This document shows positions 37,997-50,293 of a stretch of DNA of 64,000 nucleotides, one piece after another (positions within the stretch are counted from its first letter, which is position 1; every line of letters starts with the position of its first letter). Origin of the DNA: Ramazzottius varieornatus (Eukaryota > Animalia > Tardigrada); the NCBI GenBank assembly GCA_001949185.1, contig BDGG01000002.1, positions 682,001-746,000 on the forward strand. The letters run 5' to 3'. The notes beneath the pieces are model-generated. The model was not told the DNA's origin. It saw only the letters and a program-made list of their open reading frames with translations, and made no database searches. Made by a program: the position numbers and the translations under genes.

Positions 37997-39772
37997 TCAT
38001 CTGCGGGAAGACCTATCGCGAGATCGAGATCGCGACTTTTTCCGTCTGTGGTCCTTCGAAGACTTTCGTGGGTTCCCGTGGCTTTCCATCCTTCGTTCTT
38101 CTTTGCGTTCGCGGCGCGAATCCTTTTCTAGCCTGCGCTCTTTGTTATGGCGTTTCTGTTTGACTTTATCACCATGTTCAGCCTTTTCCTTCTTGTCCGC
38201 TTTCTCTTTCTTTTTTTTCTTAGCTGCCTTCTTTTCCTCGTCAGAATCTTCCAGCAAGGACTGTAGCATCTTGATGCGTTCTTCTTTCTGTGCGGCCTTG
38301 TGCTCTTGCACGAAACCGTACATTGGATCCTCGTGCATCTAGAAGCGCAGAACAAGGGTCGTTCAAGTAAAAAGAGAATGAGGCCGAACACTGTAAACGC
38401 ACAATCGGGCATCTGCATACGTGAATGCGTCCAAAGCAGGTCTGACCCAATCATTCAGGAGAACGTTTTCGGACCCCAAGAAAAAGCTTTAACTGGAGAT
38501 GCATCTATGTCAAACAGACCTTGAGAAACACGAATCTAAACTCAGAATTGGATTCTGACCACAGGTCAGAAAGTTACGAGGAGGTAGCTGAAAGTGTTGA
38601 AAATCTACGTGGCGCACGAATCGGCACGCGCACTGGCCGAAATACTCTGTGCGCAGTCAAGTTTATCCAACTAACCAATTACTAATAGTCCACAGACAAT
38701 ATGCACCGGAAGTGCTTGCTGGTGCGCGTCTCCAGCTGAAGTGCGCTGCTGACACCAAGACCAGCCCCTAACACCCCTGTGATTTTCGGTAAATAACCTC
38801 CAATTTTTCAGCCACTCGTTTTGTCTTCATTACCGCCCCAAAGTTCCCCAAATTGAACCTTTAGTACAGTTCAATATTTCGAACAACTTGATGTCAGAAA
38901 AGGCCGAATCCAAGCCAAAATACTTTGGACGCATTCTCGTATGCAGATACTTACATAACGAAACTGTTCGATTTTCCGATTTCCAGACTCGTACAGGGGA
39001 CATTCTTTATCGCCGGACCTGTGTCCGTAGTTTTTACATTTCCAACCTACGATCACAAAATAAGATTGTCTCCATTGAATCTCAACGCCAGCCTGATCCG
39101 TATGTAAGTTTCTGCTGTCCGAAACGGATAACCTGGAGCTCAGCAAACAAACTCGGCCAGATTATTTCCCCAAGTGGCGCACGGTTTCGGTGTTAATGGC
39201 TTGAAGCGTGCGCCGCTTGAAAGTCGATCTTGTCTGTCTTCCCAGATGCGCATGGTTGCAGTGTTATTGACTGGAGGCATGCGCCACCCGCAAGAACAAT
39301 TTTGCCGAGCTTGCCTCTAAATTCCAGTCAATCACGCTTACACTGCATCACTTTAACTTCTTTTCCCAAAGGCATCTGTCAACAAAAAAACAGGTTTATT
39401 CGAAGTGAAATGGTTCAGAAGAACATCAAGGGGTATTCACCCATAAGCCTTTAGAAGGGGCTTTGGCCAGAAATTCCCTGGCATCTTTGTTTTCGGGACG
39501 ATCGGGAATGCAGTCTTCTGGTCGTTCTTGATTGCGATCTTTGACCAAGCCAGGGGGAGGCGCTTGATAACTACGGAAAAATCACTGATGTGGTTTCCAA
39601 AAGACAGAAGTATTAGGCACTTGATTGTGTTATAGACTTACAAGGTGTCTATGTGCTTCAGTGCCTCTAACAGAGTGGAGTCCATCCGCGATTCGAGGCT
39701 TGCTCCTGATCCTTTGGTAAGTGTCGCTGTTGTAGATCCATCTCTAGATCTGGAACAGCGACGCGAGGACAT
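37997..39772 (-). CDS. RP9: Retinitis pigmentosa 9 (PAP-1) homolog, splicing factor
   Basis: PEDCIPD.PENKDAREFLAKAPSKGLW/MPLGKEVKVMQ/CWKCKNYGHRSGDKECP..NRKIEQFR/HEDPMY..., K/RS-rich tail. Confidence 0.93.
38409..38950. mobile_element. MITE filling most of the last RP9 intron
   Basis: ATCTGCATACGTGAATGCGTCCAAAG (38411-38436) is inverted at 38923-38948. Confidence 0.65.
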
Positions 39773-39887
39773 TCTGACGGTCGTGAGTTCTGACAGATCA
39801 ACACGAAGATAGAGCGTGTTGCAGAAGAAGGTGAATGGAAAAAGCAAAAACCTAAAAAAGTTCCGTTGGAAGAGAGGCAAATCAACA

Positions 39888-39898
39888 ACCGGAAGTGA
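39888..39898 (+). promoter_or_regulatory. ETS/GABP-type motif ACCGGAAGTG upstream of RP9 (same motif at 43041-43050 upstream of MRPL46)
   Basis: Exact motif ~100-115 bp upstream of both ATGs in divergent promoters. Confidence 0.45.
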
Positions 39899-39954
39899 AC
39901 GGCGAATCAAGTCGTCGAGATCCCCAGGCGCGCCAAAGGCTAAGCAGAAAAAAT

Positions 39955-40026
39955 TTCCCAAACGGGGAATCGAACCCCGGCCACCGCCGTGAGAGGGCGG
40001 TATCCTAGCCACTAGACCATTTGGGA
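39955..40026 (-). tRNA. tRNA-Glu (CTC)
   Basis: TCCCAAA acceptor stem, TGGTCTAGTGG A-box, CCGCC-CT-CTC-AC-GGCGG anticodon arm, GGTTCGATTCC B-box, followed by an oligo-T terminator. Confidence 0.96.
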
Positions 40027-40159
40027 TCCCTAAATGCATTGTGCAATCTTACGCTTCCAAAGTTATAGAATCAGTTATCAGGTAGCATATCAGCTGATTT
40101 CGGTCGTGCAGCGTTCCCGAGTTCCGACTGGCCATTTCCTCCTTTTCGTCCCATGCAAG

Positions 40160-41373
40160 ATGGATTTATCCTACTTCCACGATGGGCTACGGAACATGTG
40201 TCCTCTGGCATCGAAGGTACGAGAGGATGCAAGCGACAGCTGCGCTGACGGGGGAATAACGTCGGGAAAGTGCGATGCGCCCTTCCATGAAATATTCCAG
40301 CGTGTCTGCTCCGAAATGGAACCTCGCGGCTTCGAAGCTCATTCCTTCCTTGTCGGTAAGTTACAGCACTTACGTAAAACCAGAGCTTCATCTCACTTGT
40401 TGTTTCAGGTTGGTACAACGATATAGTGGACGAGCCCTTCCGGTTAAACTACCCTCCCAACACGCCTGCCATCCTCCTGCTCAGCGCGCCATCCATGTTC
40501 GAGAAAACCTTCATTCCTTTTTTGCTCAAACAGGACCTCGAGAACCTGCAAGATCCTGTTGACCGGTGCATGGTGGAGCTTTTCACGGTCTTACGACATG
40601 ACTGGGGTGGTGCGGAGAACGTGAATGTCGTTCATGACTTCGAGCTTCATCCAAACCGTCGGCCGAAGTTGCTCGTTCAGACTGCTGCTCACGTTTCCGG
40701 TGCTGCGTTCCTCTACCAAAGGAAGAATATTCCTCCGAGCGACCACAGCCCTAAAAGAGTAAGCACTTTGCAGGACTACCGTTCGCAAATGCTGATCTCA
40801 CAGGTTTCTATCATGGCGTCGGACTGGTTTCTACATATGTATTTGGGAACTCGACAAAATTGTTTTCATAAGTGGCGCATCTTGTCAGTATTGTTGGCTG
40901 GCAGTGTGCGCCACTTCAGAAATTGATTTTGTCCAGGTGAATTATCTCCCCAGGCGGTGTATGTTTTCAGTATATTAGGTTGAAAATGTCCGCCATTTGG
41001 AGAAAATCTCTTGCCGAGCTACTTGGCCTTGTTTCGGAAGTACTTACTGATTTTCTGTCTGTAGAAGATGATGGGACTCTGCCTGCATCCAAAATACGGT
41101 GGATGGTTCGCCATTCGTGGTTGTCTTATTTTCAAGAATCTAAACTGTGATGATCTTCCAAGGAAGGAGGCTCATAACGTCCTAGTGGAACCTGCTGATC
41201 AGCTGAATGCCGTGGAGCTCTTCAACTATCATTGGAGAGATTGCCGCTTCCGAGACGCCATCGACGTTCAAGCGAAATACTCGGAACTGCAGCAAAGGTA
41301 TTTCAACACTCCTTCTGGACAACGTGGACCAATCCTCAGAGAAATTATCGAAAAATATTCAAACATTATTTAA
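40160..41373 (+). CDS. MMACHC: Cobalamin-processing enzyme CblC
   Basis: GFEAHSFL/VGWYN, PSMFEK.F, DPVD.C, HPNRRPKLLVQTAAHVSGAA, LHPKYGGWFAIRG; three exons. Confidence 0.95.
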
Positions 41374-41422
41374 AATTGGCGAGTGGATATACGGAGTGGA
41401 TTTATGGTGTGTTATTAGAGCT

Positions 41423-42943
41423 TTAATAACGGAGTTTGAACAAAGTGTCATGATCTGTTTCGTTCACCCGTAAACTAGCATAATTGAATTCATACATAAA
41501 CCGTTCAATACGATTGAAATATTTCGGTATTACAGTTTGCTCTAACTCTTCCCTGGTTGCCCATTTGAAATCTTTGATATCTTCGGACGGTGTCACGTTG
41601 GCTGAATTTCTGTTCAGCAAAGCTTTGAAGAAAAATACCTGGAAAATAAAAAGTTGGTCAGTTCCCGAACTGAAGTTCGAAAAATGGTAAAGATGTTGGA
41701 CGGGTGGAAGAAGAAACGTTAGCGAACCTTTGCACCGTAAAATTCCTTAGCGATGTCAGATTCCACCGGGTATTTATACTTGCAGAAGCCGAATGGAACG
41801 CTTCCCAGGAAAGAGCACTTCATCGTTTCGCCGCAATGGGCATGAAGAACTCTTTCAGCAGTCTGCCGCATACTTTCCCCATTTTGCCAGGGTCCCTGAG
41901 GAAAGACCCACTGAGGTGCGTCGCCAAGTTGCTGGTTTACGACGAGGTAGAGCTTTCTGTCGAGCTTCCTGTTCAGCGATTTCACGTCGTTCCTCTGGTC
42001 AGCTTCTATAAAACAGCGCACATAGATTCACTGAAATCTTATTACTGCACCAAATGGAATGTGAGCAAATGGTGTGAGACAGATCGTTGTCCCAAGTGGC
42101 GCACATTTTGATGTCGTTGGTCCAACAGTATGCGCCACTTGGAAAATGATTAGGTTCAATCCAGCTTCCCACGTTTGGAATCCTAACAATAACGTTAAGA
42201 AATCTCAGAAGAATACTGTAGTTCGTAAAATGCCGATGAGGGTTCTGTGATCAAACTGGTTCAGTCAACGCAGACATGCCTGTTGTTCGATCAGCTGGAG
42301 CGAATTTTTGGAAGTTCTCGTTCCATTTATCCTCCAGATCTTGCGCTGTCTCCTTCACGGCAGCATCTTCCTGAGCCACATCTTCTTCCGCATCTTGCTG
42401 CTTCTTCTTCCGCTTAGCTTTACCTCTGGAAAAAAATACAGAGGGCACAATAAAGACGCTGAATTACTTGTTCGCTTCAGAGCTTCAAACAGAAACTTTC
42501 ACTGACGCTTCTTGGAGCTTCGTTAGTTCGTGGTCGGACAGCCAGCTCGTCTCGAATTCCTGCTTATCCAATAAGGCCGCGAAGCTTCTCTCCATTTCGT
42601 TGAGAGGAGCGGATACTACAGGAGGACGTTCGAGGCAGACAGCACTAATCAACTGCCATTTGCGCATGTGAAGATCGGCGTTCTGCGCTTCTGTCATCTG
42701 CAAAGCGCGCTGACGAACCTCCAGCGCTTTCGCCGTCTCTGCACCTGGCTTCCTTGGCATCCTCAAAACCTTTCCTGTAGCATAGACCCACGACTCAGAT
42801 GTCTTGCCACTGCTCTGAATAAATACCGACACACGGTTTACAGTACCTGTCTGGTACGACCGACTTGATGTCCGACAAGTGCACGCGATCGACGCGATCC
42901 AGATCCTGGCATGCTGTGTCGACTGAGCGATCATGAAGGACAT
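41423..42943 (-). CDS. MRPL46: Mitochondrial ribosomal protein L46
   Basis: WQLISAVCLERPP, SDHEL, RTTEAD...SLNRKLDRKLYLVV, W.FPQ....GESMRQTAER, YKYP, VFFFKA, DFKW.TREEL. Confidence 0.93.
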
Positions 42944-43443
42944 TCTCGGTACGTCGAAGCTTTCGTGTAGAAGTCGGTTTTGCTGAACAAGAAGAGGAAT
43001 CCGGACTCCGGAACACAAGTTTTCCTCGGCTTCAGGCTCCACCGGAAGTGACAACTGAAAAGTCCAGTAATCTAGTTCAACAATAAACGTCAAGCGTGAC
43101 TGCAATGATGTTATATTAGTGATGTGATTTAATGCATCGTACGTACTGGGCGTGGTTCCAGCAACGTGGTGTGAATGGCGGCTGTACAGCTAGCTCTATG
43201 TGACAGGCTTGATCGCCGAGTTCAAATCCGTGCCAGTCTCCTTCCTTCTAAACTGCCGCAGAGGTCCGTGCTGTATCTCGCTTCCCAAAGTATGCCGTCA
43301 AAAAGAAATTTCCTTCGAAATTATCCGCCCTGAATTTGTTTAGAATTCCTGCTCAGCATCTGAACTGAAGAGTACCCTTTCCTTTTTTCTAGGTTAAGGA
43401 AGCGGGCTTGGAGCAAATTGAGAAGGAGGGTGAACGGGACAAG

Positions 43444-44736
43444 ATGACTGCGCCATCGACGGGAAGCGAGGCTACGCCTTTAGACCTCAGGATGGCATCT
43501 CCACCCGTTCCTACTCCTCATCCTCTCTACCATCAGTCTGTGACTCTGGTCGATCCATCCGGGAAGGAATTTCTCCTGAACATGTCCGTTGAAGATTTAC
43601 GTGATTTAGTCCGTAGTACCATTATCCTGCGCGAGGCAGCCGAGAACGCATCTGCTGAAGTGGCTCCTGTGATACCTCCGTCTGCTCCTGTGACCCAGCG
43701 AAAACCCATTCCCTTTCAAGGTATATCTCTCTTCTCAACGAGTGTCGAATATCTCTTTCCGCATTAATTTTCGTTTGAATTTTGAGATGCTCAAAGTCAA
43801 ATAGATTTGGGAGAGCTGGACATTTCAAAACAGGGCGTGAAACAGCATGTTTCAGACGCGGCTCGGTATGCTTGATTGTTTGATGGTCGTGACGTGGATT
43901 TGCTTGTGCTGTGATCTTGTGGTTATGAACTCTTGCTGATGAACAGGGCGGTGCCCGGACAAATCAAGTAGTTGACCATGTGACGTTTGCCTCTGCATTG
44001 GCGGTTGATAAGTCACGCGTGGGTACTGCATACGTCCAGACTGGGTTGATTGTTGATTGCTTGCACCCTGGGTAAGGTACTTGATTGACTGGCTCGTTGA
44101 CAGGCTGACAACGAGCAGCAGCCAGCTGCAGCCTTGATATACGAATAAAAACGTTATGGTTTGCAGAAAGTCAAAATGGGGATGTCATATCATTCTGCCT
44201 GGACGACGACATTCCTCGAGCGCAGCAAATCCACGTCACGACCACTTATTTTCCAGAGTACATATCGAAACGAAGGCTAAAAGAGCTGGCCAAGGTAGAT
44301 GAGAACGTAGCAGCTGCCATGGGTCGTAGTGGTGATAGTCCGCCACCTGAGGAAGCTGAGTCCAGATCTCGCGTATCTCCTGCCGAAGACGACGATGACG
44401 ACTCGACGGAAGATGGGAGAAAGATGCACAAGTGTCGTCTTCCAGGTTGCACAAAGATTTACTCCAAGAGTTCCCACCTGAAAGCCCACCTGAGAACCCA
44501 TACGGGCGAGAAACCTTATCCTTGCAACTGGCCTTCCTGCAAGTGGCGCTTCGCTAGATCCGATGAACTCACAAGGCATTACCGTGAGTCTCTACCGGTT
44601 TTCACCTAGTAAGGGATGATTACAGGTTTGTTTTTCTTCAGGAAAGCATACGGGGGACAAGCCATTCAAGTGTCGGCAGTGCGACAAAGCCTTCTCCAGG
44701 AGCGACCATCTTTCTCTCCATATGAAACGTCATTGA
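43444..44736 (+). CDS. Kruppel-like factor (three C2H2 fingers); start uncertain
   Basis: [56 protein letters not shown]...[14 protein letters not shown]; upstream exon 43393-43720 with PLDLR joins in phase. Confidence 0.92.
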
Positions 44737-45192
44737 TGATAGACTTCTTTACTTTCTCGTTGGCGTTTTGCCGTCTCTAAAAAGAGCTCTATTTGATGTT
44801 GCTTTTTGGGTTTTATCTTTTATCTGGAAAAGTTGCAGTCAAGGAAAGTTTTCGCCTCAGTCGAAGCCGTGTATTATCTTTCTCATTTGATCTTCTAACC
44901 TACCTGTAAATTTTGTTTTCTACTTCTTTTCTAGCTGAGTTTTTGCTTTTATCCACTGTCGTTAATTTAAGTGTTAGAGCTGGTGGTGAAACTGGGAGGT
45001 GTGGTTCCGTAAAGTACGGAAGCGGAAGCTCTGACGTTGTAAAGTGCTTACTGCAATGGGAGGTAATGTGTAATGTTATACGTGCTACTTAATGGTTGTA
45101 CCGGTATGTCATCTCATGGAAAATCACTTGGTTGTTGATCAAGACTACAGAGGCGAAAAGCGAGTTTTCGTCAGAAATGCTGACAATCTACC

Positions 45193-46653
45193 ATGTCGCA
45201 GACCAGCGTACTGAGATCGAACGACTCGAGGGAGCTCGTAGAGGACTGGATCTTGAACCTGCGGAAACCTTGTATTATTCGAGACTGCGCAGTGGGAGAG
45301 TGCCTGACGAAATGGAAGCCGGATTACATGGCCAGCACTGTTGGGCACAAGCCTGTCAGCGTTCACGAGTCATCCAGTAACCGCCTACGCTTTCTCAAGA
45401 AGAACTTCACCTACGTCGTTCTACCCTTTGCCGAATTTATCCAAAAAGCCTCCTGTTTTTCTCGTGCCGGTTGCGGGGACTGCGCTGGTGATGATTGCGA
45501 CAGAAGATATTATTATTATCGGGCAGTGGCCGACGACGTCCGGAATACTCCATCCGACTTCCGGCGCGACTTTCCCAGCCTGTCCCCCGACTTCACTGTG
45601 CCCAGCTTCCTCCAACCTGAGAAGATCTTCTCCTGTGTTCTCCGCTGTAGTTCCGCCGACCTCGGGCTGTGGTTACACTACGACGTGCTCGACAACGTGC
45701 TGGTTCAGGTGAAAAAAAAGGGGTTTACTGTGGGAATGATTTGAAGTTTGGAAATTAGAATGCTTGAAGAAACAAAATCAACAAATCAATCAATTGCGTT
45801 TTCCACCCCTTGCCGCATGGGTGGCGGCGCCATAGAATCCTCAGACCAGCCCCTGGTCGTAAGCAGTGACAGCTGGGCAAGTGGCCGCCTGTGCTAGCCG
45901 TTGACTGGATTACTTTCTCGAAACCACAAGGCTGCAGGCCCGCAGCACGCTCCGGCAGCGCTAAGTAGTTGAGTGGCCACCTAACGCTGTCACTTCTTAC
46001 AGCCAGGTGCTGGTCTGAAGATTCTATGGCGTAGCCACCGATGCCTTGCCGAATGCCTGGTTTAAGGGAGCTAGGCACGAAGCTGTTGATGGTCGTTTCC
46101 GGAGCAGGCCGTGCCGTAACTGCCGTTTGCTCTTACTTCCGGTAGGTTCGCGGAAGGAAGCGAGCCATTCTTTTCAATCCAGAAGACGCCGAATACCTTT
46201 ATCTCTCCGGGGACAAGTCATTGATCCACGACCCGGAGAATGTGGACCTCGAAGAATTTCCACTGTTTGTAAAAGCAAGGCCGTACGTTTACCAGCTGGA
46301 GCCAGGCGACGTCCTCTTCATTCCCGCCTTCTGGCTCCACTACATGATCTCGGAGGACTTCAGTGTCGCGGTCAATATCTTCTGGTACAACCTTCCTAGG
46401 GAGCTGTACGACCAGAAAGACACGTAAGGTTCAAGAAGTAAGAAGAATAATAAATTCGTTTTTTTCTGTTCGCTGTTTACTTTGCAGATATGGAAACAAG
46501 GAACTTCAACCGTACTTCCGAGCTGCTCAAGGCGTCGACCGAGCGCTGAAGCAGCTGGAAGGTTTACCCATTGACATCCAGAGATTTTATATGCGAATGC
46601 TACGTTCGAAAATAGATAAAGCATTGGGACTGAGTCGAGACCGTTCGGCATGA
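45193..46653 (+). CDS. TYW5: tRNA wybutosine-synthesizing protein 5 (JmjC hydroxylase)
   Basis: RKP, KNFTY..LPF, LWLHYDVLDN.LVQV.GRKR, LEPGDVLFIPAFWLH, AVNIFW..LP...YD.KDTYGNK; three exons. Confidence 0.93.
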
Positions 46654-47182
46654 AATGAGCGCGAAGAACCTTCCTTGATTTTTCTTGTTTTGAGTTCAGT
46701 TTCTATTGATGGCAATAGGCACTTCGCGCGGCAGCTTGTTTGTATCATCAGTGTGAGTTGACCACACTGGTATCATGAGCCAAGCTGGGTTTTCAAAGCT
46801 GTTTCCTCAGCGTGAAAATAGTGATTGTTTTCCGAGGTATAATGAGCCCTTTGTAGAAACAGTATTGCTTTCCACGGAATAAGCTGTCCAGGGTCCATCA
46901 GAGAGACTACAGTCCGGTCGCTCGAAATCTGGTACCTGATTTTGCGATTTAAAAATAAAGAAATCATACAAAATTAACGACACTGCGAGCCATACCAACA
47001 CAGCTGTCCACATGCGGTTTGGTTACTTGATCACACCAGTAAAGCTACGGTGTAATTTATGTATAATGTAATTTCGGCCTTGGCTTGTCGTGGTGTATGG
47101 CGAATGTATAGCAGACTTCAAAACAAAATCGGAGAAATAGGTACCAGATTTCGATCGACCGGACTGTACAAGGGTAGAGGAA

Positions 47183-47635
47183 TAGAGCCCTGCAACATGC
47201 CGTACGTTCTGCGCTGCACTGCATTTTACTGCATTGCAGTGCAGTTGCAGTCGCCGAAACGATGAAAAAATGCAGATGCAGTGCAGTTACAGTTTCGGGA
47301 AACCGGATGCAGTGCAGATGCAGCACGGGTTTTCGCGACTGCTGCAGGGCTCTGCTTCTGTTACCCCTTCTGAACGACTTTTTAGCCATACCGGTGATGC
47401 TCTCAACAGTAAGCGAACTAGTATGCTGCCTGAAACTCTGAGTGATCTGATGATTATTCGGTGGAACTATCTCGCAGAAGAATAAATGATTATCGATAAT
47501 AATTTATGCAGTATCGATGCAGTAAAATGCAGCTAGACGTTCATGGATGCAGTGCAGTTGCAGTTTCCCTCGGTCAGAATAAATGCAGTGCAGTGCAGGT
47601 GCAGAACGGATATTTCGTGCTGCTGCAGGGCTCCA
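47183..47635 (+). mobile_element. hAT deletion derivative retaining the dimerisation-domain tail and two right ends
   Basis: TAGAGCCCTGCA left TIR; right TIRs ending 47354 and 47635; SVTPSERLFS..G...KRTSMLPETLSDL hATC motif; 8-bp TSD TAGAGGAA/TGGAGGAA. Confidence 0.85.
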
Positions 47636-47655
47636 TGGAGGAACCGCTGTGCATA

Positions 47656-49387
47656 CTGTATTCCCGCGAAAGTTTTGCGCAGTCACGTGAAATGCCCGTA
47701 AATTACGCCTGGCAGGGACAAAAAAGGTCTGTCTTCAATCAAACTCGTCAATCAATTGGCATACACTTTATTCTTCCGAGAAAGAGTCTTCCACCGAACT
47801 GAAACTACGCTCGAAAGACCTTTCCAAATCATCAGGGCTATCCAGAATCTCTTCCTGACTAGCTAACATATACAGCGGTTCTGGCATTATACGAGCACCA
47901 ACGAAAGAGTTTTCTACCGTAGAGACTTTGATTTTCTCCCAGGCTTCTGAAACAAATTTTATGAAATCTTGACGGCACGGCTTCTTCAAATACCCGCTCT
48001 TGGTGACAGCGGTGCAATTGTCTCTCCACAAGTGGTAAGATTTGCGTAGGTACGGTTTGAAGAGGAAGTTGACACTAATGTCCAAACGTTGGTAGGTACC
48101 AGTGGGACCAGCAGGAATGAACACCTGTTCGATCCCCAGATTTTCCAGTAAGAGCTGACTCTCGAAACTCCCATGAGCCGGCGCACGATCACGAATCAAG
48201 GTACCGCCATCATGTCTTCCGTCAAACGTTTTCTTGATCCAGAACCGGTCAAAGGCTGAATTCCACCAACCCGAATGAGTACTGAAGATGCGGACGTTTT
48301 CGGGAATCTCCAACTTGTTGAGGATTCTCGGCGACAGCTTTCCGGTTTTTTTGTTACCTTTGAACACAACGGAAGCTGGAAATTCCCAACCGTTGGCGCT
48401 GATCGTGAAGCACACCGTGAGACACTCAGGATCTCCTGGAAGTTGCACTACTCGCACTTCCTTGGCACCTTTCGGGGACAAAGACTTTTTGTAGGTGTTC
48501 TGCAGCCTGACTGATGTTTGGTCCATGTTCATTATGAGGTAAGGATGAGGGTTGTTGATGAAGACAGCTTCGAATATCCTGTGTAGGAAAAATTCTTCCT
48601 GGATCTGCAGAAAAGAAAGAGGTAAATGGCAGTCAACTTTGCGCATGAAGTCACAAATCGTAATGTCATAGCAAGTGACGAGGCTTAAGGGAAATTTCAC
48701 AATATGACGTCACACATTGTACATAAGCAGATCCCTTATCTTATCTTCTTCCGTTTGGGCAAACTTTCAGCCAATCTTCTTTGTGACTCGTAGCACTAGT
48801 CCGCGTCACTGCCTGAAGTCTCCGACCCAGCCTTTTGAAGCTTCGAATCCCGTGACTCCTCGCTCAGCGGCGACAGCAATAGCCATATGTCGAGTTGGTT
48901 TGGAGGCCTTCTGGCGGTCTTCATATCGCTTGTACACTTCCTCTTCGAGCTCGTGGTGCTGAATTCTCCTGCCAGAGTTGTTGATCTTATCCAGGAGCTT
49001 TCCAGACTTGTCCATGACAAAAGTTGCTGTAGATACATACTGTACAAGGTTTTCAAACAAGTTGGAGCATTTCTTACTTCCAAGCACGCATTGTCGATTC
49101 CAGAATCCCGACGGCTTTGGCATAACTGCCAAGGCTTCCCTCCCACCTCTCCAAGGCACTAACGTGACGCTTCGCCTCCTCAACGGAGTGTGTATTATGA
49201 GATTTAGAAGTCATTCCGACGAGATACCTGTCACATGGGCTTCCGGACAGAAAATCAGAAAACAAATCCAACAAGTGAAAACTCGATGGGCCCCAATCAG
49301 GCAATCAATGCATTGTACATTAAAGTGTTCGTAGGCTTGATTTATGGGCATGACACGTGACTGCGCAAAACTTTCACGGGAATACAG
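47656..49387 (-). mobile_element. Pogo-family (DD35D) transposon, defective
   Basis: ~50-bp TIRs CTGTATTCCCG.GAAAGTTTTGCGCAGTCACGTG with TA TSDs; FEASKGW CENP-B HTH and DDE_1 motifs MDQT, RDRAPAH, QRLDISVN; stops and frameshifts at 48770-49100. Confidence 0.92.
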
Positions 49388-49909
49388 TACCGTGGAGCCG
49401 CAAAACATGGAAGCCGTAGAGGCACTTACCACTACTAACAAACATTACCATTGATCTAATATGCACAAAGACCACGCCCCGGCAGAGTCGGTTACTTTGC
49501 TCGCACTGTTTACGGCCTATGGTGATGGGTCAACCTGCAATACGTGCTACGAAAAACTACACGGGGTGACGCTCCAGATATGATTCAGATCAAAGGGAAG
49601 GGATCAAGCGCGAGGGGAATGATGCGGAAAGCGGCAGAACATTGACGAGTCAAGCTGCTTGCGCAACAACGTTGTGATTTCGCTTAGAAGTGATTTATGT
49701 GTCACGTGCCCTTGCTCACCCTTGAGCGATCTTAGTTTGCCCACGTGGTTCGATATTTTCTTACGGTAGCAGCTCCGCAGTGAGCCGAAGCTAGTCCGAC
49801 AATGACTTCATCACTGAAAGACTGGCGTGACGTACGTACGCGTTCCTCTACCCCTCTGGTCTCTCTGGGTCCATTGCGCGCTGGCTAAAGATATGGTGTC
49901 GTGTCAGCG

Positions 49910-49991
49910 TATCTGACGTATATATTCAATGTTATCTGACGTATATATTCAATGTTATCTGACGTATATATTCAATGTTATCTGACGTATA
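49910..49991 (+). repeat. 23-bp tandem repeat x3.5
   Basis: TATCTGACGTATATATTCAATGT repeated exactly. Confidence 0.95.
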
Positions 49992-50293
49992 ACGAATTAC
50001 ACCAGCAATTCCGCTGTTTCTGATTGTTGATCGGCTATTTTCATCAACCACATTTGTCAATTGTCATTTAAGTTTCCTCAGCTTTCCTCTCACTGGCAAT
50101 CCTTATCCGTCAGCTTGTCTTTCGTGTGGTTCGTGGACGCCCTTGATCTTACCTAAGAAGGAGACGACTTTGCTCGTGGAAGCGGTGTGTGCTGGAATGT
50201 GACGATTCAACATTCAGTGTTGTTGTGAATGTCTCGTAAGTCCTGACGTTTTACCTGTCGTTTCGCTGCAGTTGCCTGTCCTGAAGCAACGTC

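Noticed and set aside
45096-45380. Alternative TYW5 N-terminus (IERLEG) in another frame
   Set aside because: The 45193 frame already aligns with the TYW5 N-terminus; the similarity is probably chance
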